Notes: generated by a model not told the origin, from the letters alone. Counted from the first letter of the stretch, positions 46,721 to 55,491 are shown. The stretch is DNA of 64,000 nt from Candidatus Saccharimonadota bacterium (GCA_030445245.1 JAUCSD010000001.1:500671-564670), one strand, 5' to 3'. A program made the numbers and translations.

Positions 46721-47226
46721 GATGCGCTATTAGACTTCTGCCACCACTTTAGTAAATCCTCTTGAGCTGCGATATACCAGTTCCAACCAATCTCATCCCG
46801 AGTCGGTAGATCTTGGATGTCCCTCCAGACTATTTCACCACCATTTAAATCATCAGAAGGTACGATTGTGCCACCAGTATACTGAGCAATAAACATGATA
46901 TTTATCGTTGGTCGGCCTTCGTAATCATCGGTGTATGTTCCGAGAAAGCTCGTTAGCTTAATGTCGATGCCGAGCTCCTCTTTTACTTCACGTATTGCGG
47001 CTTGTTCGGCGGTTTCATCATAATCTAGAAATCCACCTGGCAAGTTTAGTTTGCCTTTATGTGGCTCAATATTCCGGATACCGAAAAGTACTTTGTCATC
47101 TTGCATTACATATACGGTCGCCCCTGGTACTGCATTTATCCAATTTTGATGATCTTGATCACAAACATATAAATTGTCAGACTGCTTTATTGTCAGATGT
47201 CCGCATTTTGTACAATATCTATCCAT
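46717..47226 (-). CDS. NUDIX hydrolase with N-terminal zinc ribbon
   Basis: CTKCGH...C.QDH ribbon and Nudix box GGFLDYDETAEQAAIREVKEELGI. Stop overlaps the downstream HAD start. Confidence 0.8.
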   Translation of the reverse strand: MDRYCTKCGHLTIKQSDNLYVCDQDHQNWINAVPGATVYVMQDDKVLFGIRNIEPHKGKLNLPGGFLDYDETAEQAAIREVKEELGIDIKLTSFLGTYTDDYEGRPTINIMFIAQYTGGTIVPSDDLNGGEIVWRDIQDLPTRDEIGWNWYIAAQEDLLKWWQKSNSAS

Positions 47227-47396
47227 TGCTGCCCCTTTAATATCTTGTATTTTAGCATGTTTATAAACAAGATGGTAACGACCTTATGGCTACCTCTTCT
47301 CATGCTAGTCTTTACAGTACTCTTGAAAGTTAGGCTATCTAGACCTACAATAATAAACCCACTAGTAAAGTCAGTCGTTACGGCAGGAAATGAGAT

Positions 47397-47657
47397 ATGA
47401 ACAAAGAAACTACACCCAAGATAGAGATAGACGACGAGTTTGCTGAAATTATAGAGCGCGAATTTAGCGCTAATACTAGTAAAGCGCTGGGCGGAACAGC
47501 CATGAGTCAGGTAGAACCGTTTGGTCATCAATTTATGGGTGACGCTAGCGAATCTCCAGCAAATCCAAAAGCAACGACTCCTGGTGGTCAGACGGTGACT
47601 CTCGACAACAACGGTCAGCCCGGCAAGGATGACCCAACCTCAAACGACGTGAGTTAA
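47397..47657 (+). CDS. candidate graspetide (omega-ester/amide RiPP) precursor peptide
   Basis: 86-aa ORF with an AGGAAA RBS 6-7 nt upstream. Acidic leader with EPFGHQFM. C-terminal core-like KATTPGGQTVTLDNNGQPGKDDPTSNDVS is rich in Thr/Ser, Asp and Lys. Ends 9 nt before the ATP-grasp gene. Confidence 0.5.
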   Translation: MNKETTPKIEIDDEFAEIIEREFSANTSKALGGTAMSQVEPFGHQFMGDASESPANPKATTPGGQTVTLDNNGQPGKDDPTSNDVS

Positions 47658-47666
47658 TAAAAACAA

Positions 47667-48608
47667 ATGAACATCGCTATCATCTCCGCTCCAGACGATG
47701 CACACATACCATTTGTCACCAATCATTTTCCACCCTCTGTGGAGTGTATTATCGTTGATCCATTCGGTGCAATTGGCGAAAAAGATATCACCTATAATTT
47801 CAGTAAAAACAAGCTAAGCGTGATCTATGGGGATAAATCGCTCGATGATATTGATAGCGTGTGGCTTCGTAAACCAACTCGCACGAATGTTTCACGCCTG
47901 AATATTCCGACACAATATTATGACTATACCGAAAGTACGCTACGGCGCCACTTGTCGCCTATATATCACCACTGGAAAGATGCGTTTTGGGTGTCTGCCC
48001 ACGAAGCCATATCGCATGCGGATCAAAAGCCGCATCAGCTCGTAGCAGCTGCAGCTATTGGTTTTCGTGTTCCTGAAACGCTCACGACAGGCAATAAGGA
48101 ACGGGTTCGGCGCTTCATAGAAAAGCACGGCAGATGTGTTGTTAAGTCCCAGGCAGATAAATTTCCTCAAGGTAAAATGATAATGACGACCGTTATCTCA
48201 GAAAGTGATACTTTATCATACGACGGCCTGGCTATCGATCCGATGATTTTCCAGCAGCTAATAGAGCCGGCTTATGAGCTGCGCGTGACCGTTGTTGGTA
48301 ATGAAGTATTCGGTGCAAAAATAAAGGCAGCCGATAATGGCCCATTTCGTGACTGGCGTTATGGACATATTGACGATTCATTCCACGCCGAGCCTGAATC
48401 TTTAAGCAAAGAACTAAAAGAGAAATGCATCAGACTCACCCGCTGGTTTGGGCTCAATTTTGGCGCAATTGATCTTATAGTCGACAAAGAAGGACAAGTA
48501 TGGTTTTTGGAGATTAACCCAAATGGACAATGGGCTTTTATTGAAGAATACACGAATCAACCAATTGGTAAAGCTATAGCCGAACTCCTCCAAAGACAAG
48601 GAAGCTGA
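47667..48608 (+). CDS. MvdC/MvdD-type ATP-grasp ligase (RiPP maturase-like)
   Basis: 313-aa ORF. IAIISAPDDAHIPFV, VWLRKP, KPHQL..A...GF.VPETL.T, YELRVTVVGNEVFGAKI, RDWR, GAIDLIVDKEGQVWFLEINPNGQWAFIE. Confidence 0.8.
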   Translation: MNIAIISAPDDAHIPFVTNHFPPSVECIIVDPFGAIGEKDITYNFSKNKLSVIYGDKSLDDIDSVWLRKPTRTNVSRLNIPTQYYDYTESTLRRHLSPIYHHWKDAFWVSAHEAISHADQKPHQLVAAAAIGFRVPETLTTGNKERVRRFIEKHGRCVVKSQADKFPQGKMIMTTVISESDTLSYDGLAIDPMIFQQLIEPAYELRVTVVGNEVFGAKIKAADNGPFRDWRYGHIDDSFHAEPESLSKELKEKCIRLTRWFGLNFGAIDLIVDKEGQVWFLEINPNGQWAFIEEYTNQPIGKAIAELLQRQGS

Positions 48609-48682
48609 GACTAGCGGTTGTTCAGGGATACGGTTATACTATTATTACAATAAATAGCGAAACATAACGACTAGGAGAAACC

Positions 48683-49102
48683 ATGCAAACTAAACTCAAC
48701 CCGTACATCAGTTTTGAAGGCAATGCTCGCAACGCAATGGAGTTTTATAAAACAGTTTTTGGTGGAGAACTAACTCTTTCTACTTTTGGAGAAGCTGGAA
48801 TGACGGATCATGGCGTTAAACCTGATCAAATTATGCATGCTGCGCTTGTAGCTGATAATGGTATTACACTTATGGCTTCTGACTCGGCCACTGGAATGCG
48901 TGAATATATAGCCGGAACGAATATGAGCGTATCACTGAGTGGTGACAATGAAGAAGAGTTGACCGGCTATTACAACAAGCTCGTCGAGGGAGGTAAAGTA
49001 GAGCAACCCCTTACCAAAGCTCCATGGGGAGATACTTTTGGCATGTGTATCGATAAGTTCGGAGTTTTCTGGATGGTTAACATCGCCGGAACGAAGTCTT
49101 AG
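48683..49102 (+). CDS. VOC-family protein (PhnB-like)
   Basis: YISFEGNARNAMEFYKTVFGGEL ... PWGDTFGMCIDKFGVFWMVN is typical of PhnB-like proteins. Confidence 0.75.
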   Translation: MQTKLNPYISFEGNARNAMEFYKTVFGGELTLSTFGEAGMTDHGVKPDQIMHAALVADNGITLMASDSATGMREYIAGTNMSVSLSGDNEEELTGYYNKLVEGGKVEQPLTKAPWGDTFGMCIDKFGVFWMVNIAGTKS

Positions 49103-49159
49103 CTAAAGATGCTTTGCAGAAAATCCCTAGGATTATAAATATCCTGGGGATTGTATAAC

Positions 49160-49186
49160 AAAAGACTTCATTAGTGAAGTCTTTTT
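49160..49186 (+). terminator. rho-independent terminator
   Basis: AAAAGACTTCA-TTAG-TGAAGTCTTTTT. Confidence 0.7.
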
Positions 49187-49322
49187 GCATAATAATCTTG
49201 GCTGAGAATAGTGAATGTATTTTAGGAAGATTCGTATTAAGACCTATTCGCCTCCACCTTTTTCTGATTCTTCGAATAGTGTCTGCTGTTTGGGGTGTGT
49301 TAGACAGATTACTTAAGAGTAA

Positions 49323-49967
49323 TTAGCTATCTCTAATGAAGCTATGCACTGGTGATTGTCGCCACAGACTGACAAGACGGCGATCAGGAATAATCCACAA
49401 TATAGACACTAAAACATAGCAAACAATTCCTACAAGGGGCGATCCGAATGCGGCAAGCGCAATTCCCCCTGTGTAAGTAATAATAGAAACGATATTTTTC
49501 GTATTTCTCACCGCGTGACGTACTGCGACGTCATGGGGCTCGATCCTTTTTATAAGCCGCGTAAGAATCGCATACGCAATCGAAGCCATGAGCGCCACGG
49601 CACCGTATAGAACAACTGGGGATTCATGGAGGTAGTTGTCATTTTCACCAATCCACGCCGTCGTGACAGGGATTAATGACAACCAAAATAATAAATGCGT
49701 ATTCGCCCACATAACTCCCTCGCTAATCCGTTTGGTAAAGCGAAGTAGCTGGTGATGGCTATTCCAGTACTGTGCGATAAAAATAAAACTAAGTACGAAC
49801 GCTATTAGCCGAGGCATGAAAGGCAGCCAGCCGTTGAGTGTCGAGACTAACGGCGCATTAAGACGCAATACCATGACCGTGATAATAATCGCCATCACTC
49901 CGTCGCTAAAGCTTTCTAGCCTGTGAGGCGTTGTGACACTTTCTTGAGAGGAGAGTTCTTTTGTCAT
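49323..49967 (-). CDS. TMEM175/DUF1211-family potassium-channel-like membrane protein
   Basis: RLESFSDGVMAIIITVMVL signature with 6 TM. Confidence 0.75.
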   Translation of the reverse strand: MTKELSSQESVTTPHRLESFSDGVMAIIITVMVLRLNAPLVSTLNGWLPFMPRLIAFVLSFIFIAQYWNSHHQLLRFTKRISEGVMWANTHLLFWLSLIPVTTAWIGENDNYLHESPVVLYGAVALMASIAYAILTRLIKRIEPHDVAVRHAVRNTKNIVSIITYTGGIALAAFGSPLVGIVCYVLVSILWIIPDRRLVSLWRQSPVHSFIRDS

Positions 49968-50099
49968 AAGGTAGATTGTAACAAGAAGTCTCTGAATAAT
50001 TCCTTAACGATAGATATGTTCACCTCTGTTAATCTTTTGTTGGGTTTGTCATTTTTTCCAGTAGCTATATCACGATAGCAAGTCGGCATCTAGTCATAC

Positions 50100-50384
50100 C
50101 TATGGTGCTCACTTGCTGCGCTACGGCACATGCAGTTCAAGGCAACCGTCGAGGAGCATTTCAAAAAACGTAAAGATGGTGGCAGAAATCGGCACGTATA
50201 TTACCGCTGCACCAAGTCTACAAAAGATCCAGACTGTGCCGAGCGGTCAATTACGACAAACATAATCATGGAACAGATCTTGGCAATGACCGACACCGGC
50301 ATATTCGATGACATTGAGCCATCCGAACGGCTCTTCAATAAAACATTATGTAATGAGTTTAGCTATCCCTTCTCTCCTATATAA
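50100..50384 (+). pseudogene. remnant of a large serine recombinase (zinc-ribbon / C-terminal part only, frameshifted)
   Basis: HVYYRCTKSTKDPDCAERSI....MEQIL matches the recombinase zinc beta-ribbon. The preceding ..HLLRYGTC.. is in another frame. No catalytic resolvase domain upstream. Confidence 0.55.
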
Positions 50385-50434
50385 CAACCAAACTAAAAAC
50401 AACTCCATTCACGGAGTTGTTTTTAGTTTGGTTG
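50385..50434 (+). terminator. very long perfect hairpin (22-bp stem, 6-nt loop), probable terminator
   Basis: CAACCAAACTAAAAACAACTCC-ATTCAC-GGAGTTGTTTTTAGTTTGGTTG, immediately after the recombinase remnant stop. Confidence 0.6.
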
Positions 50435-50536
50435 AATATGATAATTTTGGCTGAGCATATGGGTCTGGCGCCTTTGCATAGTAGACAAATTGCAGGGAGC
50501 GGAAAGCCCATGCAATACTTCATTTCGGTCGCTTAG

Positions 50537-51100
50537 CTAATCGACTTTATCCGACCCACCGGCAGCCTTCTTGACAGTAATCTGCTGTGGCGCATAGCCT
50601 GGGGCACTCACCTCGACTTCAATATTTAGTATGTTACGTGGTGTTGCTAGTATGCTGTTTTTGTTGAACGGGAAGTGACCGCTACCGCTGCCATTATCAA
50701 AATGTACATCCGCGGCTGCGCCCGGTGCGATTGTCATACCTGTCAGCTTGGTATCGTACGATTCTTTTTGTCCTGTTTTTGTATCTGTAATCACGTAGTA
50801 AACTTCCAGATTACTCATTGTGGTGCTGGTCGTGTTACCGAGCGTCAACTGCAAATGATCATCCACTACATTACCTTTTGCATCGACGTTATTTTCGGTA
50901 ATTGCTTGTTTTATAACAATTCCAGGTGCCGTGCTGTTATTCACGATCTGATTAGGATATAGTCCCGGCGCAGTATACTGCGGATCAGTGGAGTTACTCG
51001 CAGCTTGATATTTTGGTGGAGCTGTCGTCAGCCTGATGCCGACTAGACCAATAATGACAGCCGCGACGATTCCGATAGCTATTAGTAATTTCTTGTTCAT
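50537..51100 (-). CDS. membrane-anchored extracytoplasmic protein (last gene of the ABC-2 operon)
   Basis: 187-aa ORF with an N-terminal TM, 3 nt after the upstream permease gene. Confidence 0.5.
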   Translation of the reverse strand: MNKKLLIAIGIVAAVIIGLVGIRLTTAPPKYQAASNSTDPQYTAPGLYPNQIVNNSTAPGIVIKQAITENNVDAKGNVVDDHLQLTLGNTTSTTMSNLEVYYVITDTKTGQKESYDTKLTGMTIAPGAAADVHFDNGSGSGHFPFNKNSILATPRNILNIEVEVSAPGYAPQQITVKKAAGGSDKVD

Positions 51101-51103
51101 ATA

Positions 51104-52069
51104 TTATCTCCAGATCATTTTATTACGATGTACTTCCAGTAACAACACGGCTGTTACGACAACCGCTACGGTAGTAATAACAACAAAATTCTGCCACTTG
51201 GCATTCCAAACTTCACCCAGTGACTTGCCGTCGAATTCCTGTTTGACACCCAGTAGTGCAAATGATGCCCGCTCGTAATGTTTGGTCGGACTGGCCTCTT
51301 CGGTACCGTTACGGATTATTTCATATTGCGCGAAATTAGCCAGAACCATTTTTTCTGATCCTTTGGGCAGATTCAGGCTGGCGAAAAATCCGCCTGGGAC
51401 CTGGTTGTCGACATCCATCGTATCCCCGATCTGCGGAATCACTAAGACAAAGACAATCCATAGCGCCAGACTAACAACGAGTGCGTTAGCTGGTACGCGC
51501 AAATGAATCGTCAATAGCGCCGAAAGACTATAAAAAATTAGCAGATAGACGAGTGATGATACCGCCGTTAGTAGCAGTTTAACCAGTTCCAGACCGTTTA
51601 GTGTTAGCCCTGCGATTATCCAAATGGATAGAACTGACATAATGACAAAGCTAGCAATGAGCACTCCCAATATCAACGTACTTCCCAGTAATTTGCCTAC
51701 GATAAATTGCACCTTCGTAATTTGCCGCGTTAGCATCAATGGCAGTGTTTGGTTTGCTCGCTCGCGAGCAATACTGGTATAACCCAGAATGATCGCCAGT
51801 ACGGCTCCGATGATTTCAAAATACTCGACGCTGTTTTGCAACAAACGGAGCGGCGCAAAACTCGGTGCCACTAGTTTGCTAATCTGTCCTGACGCCTTGA
51901 TTTGATCGAGCGCGGCATTATACTGTGCAATATCAACTCCAATATGTTGCGTCGCTGTCACGATAGAAACAATTACTAATATGCCAAGGCACGTGATTAG
52001 TAGAGCGACCATTTTATCGCGCCACGCGTCACGGAATTCTTTATTGGCGACAACCCAGACAAGACTCAT
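51104..52069 (-). CDS. ABC-2 type transporter permease
   Basis: 321-aa ORF with 6 TM. Overlaps the upstream permease stop. Confidence 0.65.
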   Translation of the reverse strand: MSLVWVVANKEFRDAWRDKMVALLITCLGILVIVSIVTATQHIGVDIAQYNAALDQIKASGQISKLVAPSFAPLRLLQNSVEYFEIIGAVLAIILGYTSIARERANQTLPLMLTRQITKVQFIVGKLLGSTLILGVLIASFVIMSVLSIWIIAGLTLNGLELVKLLLTAVSSLVYLLIFYSLSALLTIHLRVPANALVVSLALWIVFVLVIPQIGDTMDVDNQVPGGFFASLNLPKGSEKMVLANFAQYEIIRNGTEEASPTKHYERASFALLGVKQEFDGKSLGEVWNAKWQNFVVITTVAVVVTAVLLLEVHRNKMIWR

Positions 52070-52974
52070 GATGCGATCCTTTCAGATGGCTGGTAACGCC
52101 CTACAGCCCACCAAACTCCCACCCAGGCCAGAATGAATGCTCCCCCAACCGATAGATACGGCACCACACCCAGTGGAGATTTCTGGAATTCGAATAGCGA
52201 CAGCGAAATTTGCTTATACTGTTCTGCGAATGAAAACGGCCCAATAATTGAACTGAGTGCGGCAAAAATCCCCGCAGGTTGCGTATCCGTCGCAATCGTC
52301 ACAGGGTTAAGTAGGGCGACCGGTTCGACGCCTGAAATAACTTGCGGTACGACAAATCCAATTATGATCCAAAATGCCATAGGCAGCACCAGCGCCATTG
52401 TATGACTCTTGGCTAGCAGGCCGCTGATCAGCCCCAGTAATCCGAAAATAGTCAGATATATCCATGATACGGCGTAAAAGATGGCTAGCTCCACGATCTG
52501 ATTACTCGTCAGACTTAATTCCGGTAGCAGTGTAGCTAATAGCAATGAAACGATGAATGCAAATACTAGCATAATGGCAATCGCAATTGTAACCGCAAAC
52601 ACTTTACCGATCATATATGTCCTCTTGCTAACAGGCCGTGACAGTACCATTGTCAGCATAGCGCTAATCCGATCCCGAAGGGTAGCCGAATAGCCGATAA
52701 TTATTGCCAGTAGTGATCCGATCAAGAAAAAGTAAACTCCTAGATTCCGCTGCAATGACAAATGCGACACGTTAGCAAACGGGTTCGGCGCCATCGACAC
52801 GCCTGATTGCATTAGTGGGATACTCGCTGCGTAGACATGATTTGCAGTTGAACTCGTTGACCAGCCAATCAGTCCTGCAGATATTGTCAAAAACAAAAAA
52901 ACGGCTGCGATGACCAGAAACAATCGTTCTCGCATCATTAGCCGCAGTTCGGTTGTTATGAGTGTCAGCTTCAC
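52066..52974 (-). CDS. ABC-2 type transporter permease
   Basis: 302-aa ORF with 6 TM. Overlaps the ATPase stop. Confidence 0.65.
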   Translation of the reverse strand: MKLTLITTELRLMMRERLFLVIAAVFLFLTISAGLIGWSTSSTANHVYAASIPLMQSGVSMAPNPFANVSHLSLQRNLGVYFFLIGSLLAIIIGYSATLRDRISAMLTMVLSRPVSKRTYMIGKVFAVTIAIAIMLVFAFIVSLLLATLLPELSLTSNQIVELAIFYAVSWIYLTIFGLLGLISGLLAKSHTMALVLPMAFWIIIGFVVPQVISGVEPVALLNPVTIATDTQPAGIFAALSSIIGPFSFAEQYKQISLSLFEFQKSPLGVVPYLSVGGAFILAWVGVWWAVGRYQPSERIAS

Positions 52975-53723
52975 GTCGTGCGCTCTTTGCTTGGCGTGTC
53001 AACGCTAGTATAAATCGATTCGAGTGACTGTTCGGTCGGAAACCGCTCAAGCGTATTCGCCAAGGTATCGTTATAAATTAGCTTGCCCTGATTTAAGACA
53101 CCGATTGAGGTGCACGTTTTTGCCACTTCGCTCAGCAAGTGAGTATTCATAAAGATCGTTATATTTTGTTCTTTACTCAGGCGCAGAATGATATTTCGAA
53201 GCTGAATAATGCCTTCGGGATCCAGTCCGGACGTTGGTTCGTCCAGAAATAATACATTGGGATTATGTACAATCGCCTGCGCGATACCAACGCGTTGGCG
53301 CATCCCTTTTGAAAATTCGCCGACCTTTTGATGCAGGTGTGATGTAAATTCCAAGTACTCAAACACTTCCTCGATCCGCTTTTTCGGATGTTTCATACCC
53401 GATAATTTCGCAAGGTATTCGACATTCTCATAGGCAGTCATTGTGTCGTAAAAACGAACGCTTTCAGGTAAGTAGCCGAACGATCGTCGCGCCCGCAGTC
53501 CATCCCGTGTTACATCGTGTCCGCAAATTTTCGCACTTCCCGACGTTGGTTCCAGCAATGTTGTCAGAATATTGACTGTCGTCGTCTTGCCTGCGCCGTT
53601 ATGTCCCAGAAAACCAAAGACCTCTCCCTCATGGATTGTCAAATTCAGTGCATCAAGCACGGTATGGTCACCATATTTCTTCGTAAGTTCTGTCGTTTTT
53701 ATAATTACGCTACGTTGGGTCAT
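52971..53723 (-). CDS. ABC transporter ATP-binding protein
   Basis: Walker A GHNGAGKTT, signature FSKGMRQR, Walker B LFLDEPTSGLD. Confidence 0.9.
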   Translation of the reverse strand: MTQRSVIIKTTELTKKYGDHTVLDALNLTIHEGEVFGFLGHNGAGKTTTVNILTTLLEPTSGSAKICGHDVTRDGLRARRSFGYLPESVRFYDTMTAYENVEYLAKLSGMKHPKKRIEEVFEYLEFTSHLHQKVGEFSKGMRQRVGIAQAIVHNPNVLFLDEPTSGLDPEGIIQLRNIILRLSKEQNITIFMNTHLLSEVAKTCTSIGVLNQGKLIYNDTLANTLERFPTEQSLESIYTSVDTPSKERTT

Positions 53724-53884
53724 AGTTATAGTTTAACATTCGGACATGAGATTAGTATGAGTCCGAACTAATCGACTAAAGCCAGTTCCACCGATTCGAG
53801 ATCCGCAAGTCTAAATTGCCGTTCCGCCAAACATGACTCGTTGAGGCAGAGGGATTTGAACCCAGAAGCCTATTAATCACGCAA

Positions 53885-53922
53885 TGAGAAAGGCCCCGGA
53901 TATCGCTATGGATGTCCGGGGC
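53885..53922 (-). terminator. rho-independent terminator downstream of the tRNA-like gene
   Basis: GCCCCGGA-14 nt-TCCGGGGC stem, followed on the minus strand by CTTTCTCATT. Confidence 0.55.
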
Positions 53923-53928
53923 TATTTG

Positions 53929-53994
53929 TGGGCTAGATAGGATTCGAACCTATGTCTCCACTTTCGCGGCGCTCTCCCTATGAGCTACTAGTCC
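53929..53994 (-). ncRNA. tRNA-like element lacking an anticodon loop (degenerate tRNA gene or tRNA-mimic RNA)
   Basis: Minus strand reads GGACTAG-TA-GCTC-ATAGGGA-GAGC-G-CCGC-GAAA-GTGG-AGAC-ATAGG-TTCGAAT-CCTAT-CTAGCCC-A. Acceptor, D and T arms are canonical, but only 17 nt (not about 23) lie between the D and T arms. Confidence 0.45.
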
Positions 53995-54010
53995 GGCTGG
54001 GTCTAGCCCA

Positions 54011-54262
54011 GCAAATCCATTCCTCCGATGGAGCCGATATCATGGTGTCCGGTGTACCAGTTAATACAGATACCCGCACCGTTCTGGTAGGCCTCGTAGA
54101 GGTCTTTCTCATGTCATCGATGGACTCGGCAACGAACAGTCTTTCGGTGTTGCCTTCACCGAAACCACAGACCACGTAGTGGCTCTCGGACAAGTTGGGG
54201 GACACGATGGGCTGGGCCGGCCAGTTCTTACTAGGGAAAACTCGGAGTGGCTACAGTTGGAT
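54011..54262 (-). pseudogene. G+C-enriched gene fragment (possible C-terminal remnant of a papain-like/C39-like peptidase), frameshifted
   Basis: Two frames read ...SHYVVCGFGEGNTERLFVAESIDD and HEKDLYEAYQNGAGICINWYTGHHDIGSIGGMDLLG*. There is no N-terminal part, and mirror ORFs occur on both strands. Confidence 0.3.
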
Positions 54263-54268
54263 GATGAC

Positions 54269-54922
54269 TTAGCTAGCCTTTTGCAGTATCGTTCGACATA
54301 TTGGCATAAGGCTGGTCTCTGATTCGTTCGTTCGAGTCGTACTCACACTGTACTTAATAGCCGTCCAGCCAATATTGCTAAAGGTACTTTGTAACTTATT
54401 CTCTGGATGAAAATATTGACGAATTTTATTCCCTTTACTTATCTCATACCAACCTTGTTGCAGATTTTGATCAGGACTCACAGACAAGACCAAACATATA
54501 TGAGCACCTAACTTTGATACTCGATCAAACTCGCTTATCGCTGCCTCCAATTCTGGGGGTGATAGATGGTGCAGTACATGTCGACAAAACACTCCTTCAA
54601 ACGTATTATCCGGAAGCGGTAAATTCGGTAGTTCGGCAATAATTGCATTAGCCGAAGGTACCTGTTCTTGTGCAAGCGTGAGCATCTCTGATGTGCCCTC
54701 GGTCATCGTGACATGAAAACCTTGCCCTACGAAGTAAGCCGATTGATTACCCGCTCCGGCGCTCACGTCCAGTATCTCGCTACCCTCCGGCAACGAATCA
54801 ACGAACTCTTCAACAAACGTATAATCCTCTTGAAGCCAATAATTTTTTCCGGCTAGATCATGCTCCTTAGCATGAGCGCCATATGCCGAAACAATAGCAG
54901 TGGGATCGATAAATTCTCTCAT
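54269..54922 (-). CDS. class I SAM-dependent methyltransferase
   Basis: Motif I ILDVSAGAGNQS and post-I/II blocks FEGVFCRHVLHHL. Confidence 0.8.
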   Translation of the reverse strand: MREFIDPTAIVSAYGAHAKEHDLAGKNYWLQEDYTFVEEFVDSLPEGSEILDVSAGAGNQSAYFVGQGFHVTMTEGTSEMLTLAQEQVPSANAIIAELPNLPLPDNTFEGVFCRHVLHHLSPPELEAAISEFDRVSKLGAHICLVLSVSPDQNLQQGWYEISKGNKIRQYFHPENKLQSTFSNIGWTAIKYSVSTTRTNESETSLMPICRTILQKAS

Positions 54923-54983
54923 AAGTATACCTTTTCTATTTTATCGAGATAGAATTGTTCATGCAAGATAGTCTTAGGTGTAG

Positions 54984-55491
54984 ACTTTTAAGTTCAGCCT
55001 TACTAACAAACACGAAACTAAGGGTATAATCGATATCAAGGCCAAAACCCAGCAAAAACAAGTCGTAGACATTGACGCTAACTCAACTATCCAGCGTTTT
55101 GACGCATATGAAGTTCTGCTTAGAGACGGTACAATTCTCGTTATCAAAACACACTCAAACAACTGGGAAGTTCCATGCGGAACTCCTGAAAAAGGCGAAA
55201 CACTCAAGCAAGGCCTACAGCGCGAACTCGAAGAAGAAGCATGTATTCATGCAAAGATTGGCCGTCTGTTCTTTACTCGCGAACCGTTTTACCACACACC
55301 TTCGGGAAAGACCTACTACTCTGTGCAGCTTTACTTTTTTGATACACACAGACGACGAACCCATCTTGGCCGAGACTAAAGAATATGCCTTCGTGCCTAC
55401 TAAGGATTTGACGAAAGACAACACAAACATGAGTTCGTATCTTACTATTCAAAGTCTAGAGAATAAAGAACCTTATAGCCTTTGGTCTTAG
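54984..55491 (+). pseudogene. NUDIX hydrolase gene disrupted by a +1 frameshift in a T6 run (55335-55340), without a canonical start
   Basis: Frame A has the Nudix box GTPEKGETLKQGLQRELEEEACI and stops at 55377-79. Frame B continues ...LIHTDDEPILAETKEYAFVPTKDL to 55491. Removing one T joins them (QLYFLIHTDDEP). Confidence 0.6.

Noticed and set aside
53842-53872. Possible tRNA 3' half (GAGGCAGAGGGATTTGAACCCAGAAGCC)
   Set aside because: Only a 3-bp T stem can form, and no D or anticodon arm follows. It is treated as a degenerate fragment and only mentioned in the tRNA-like finding.
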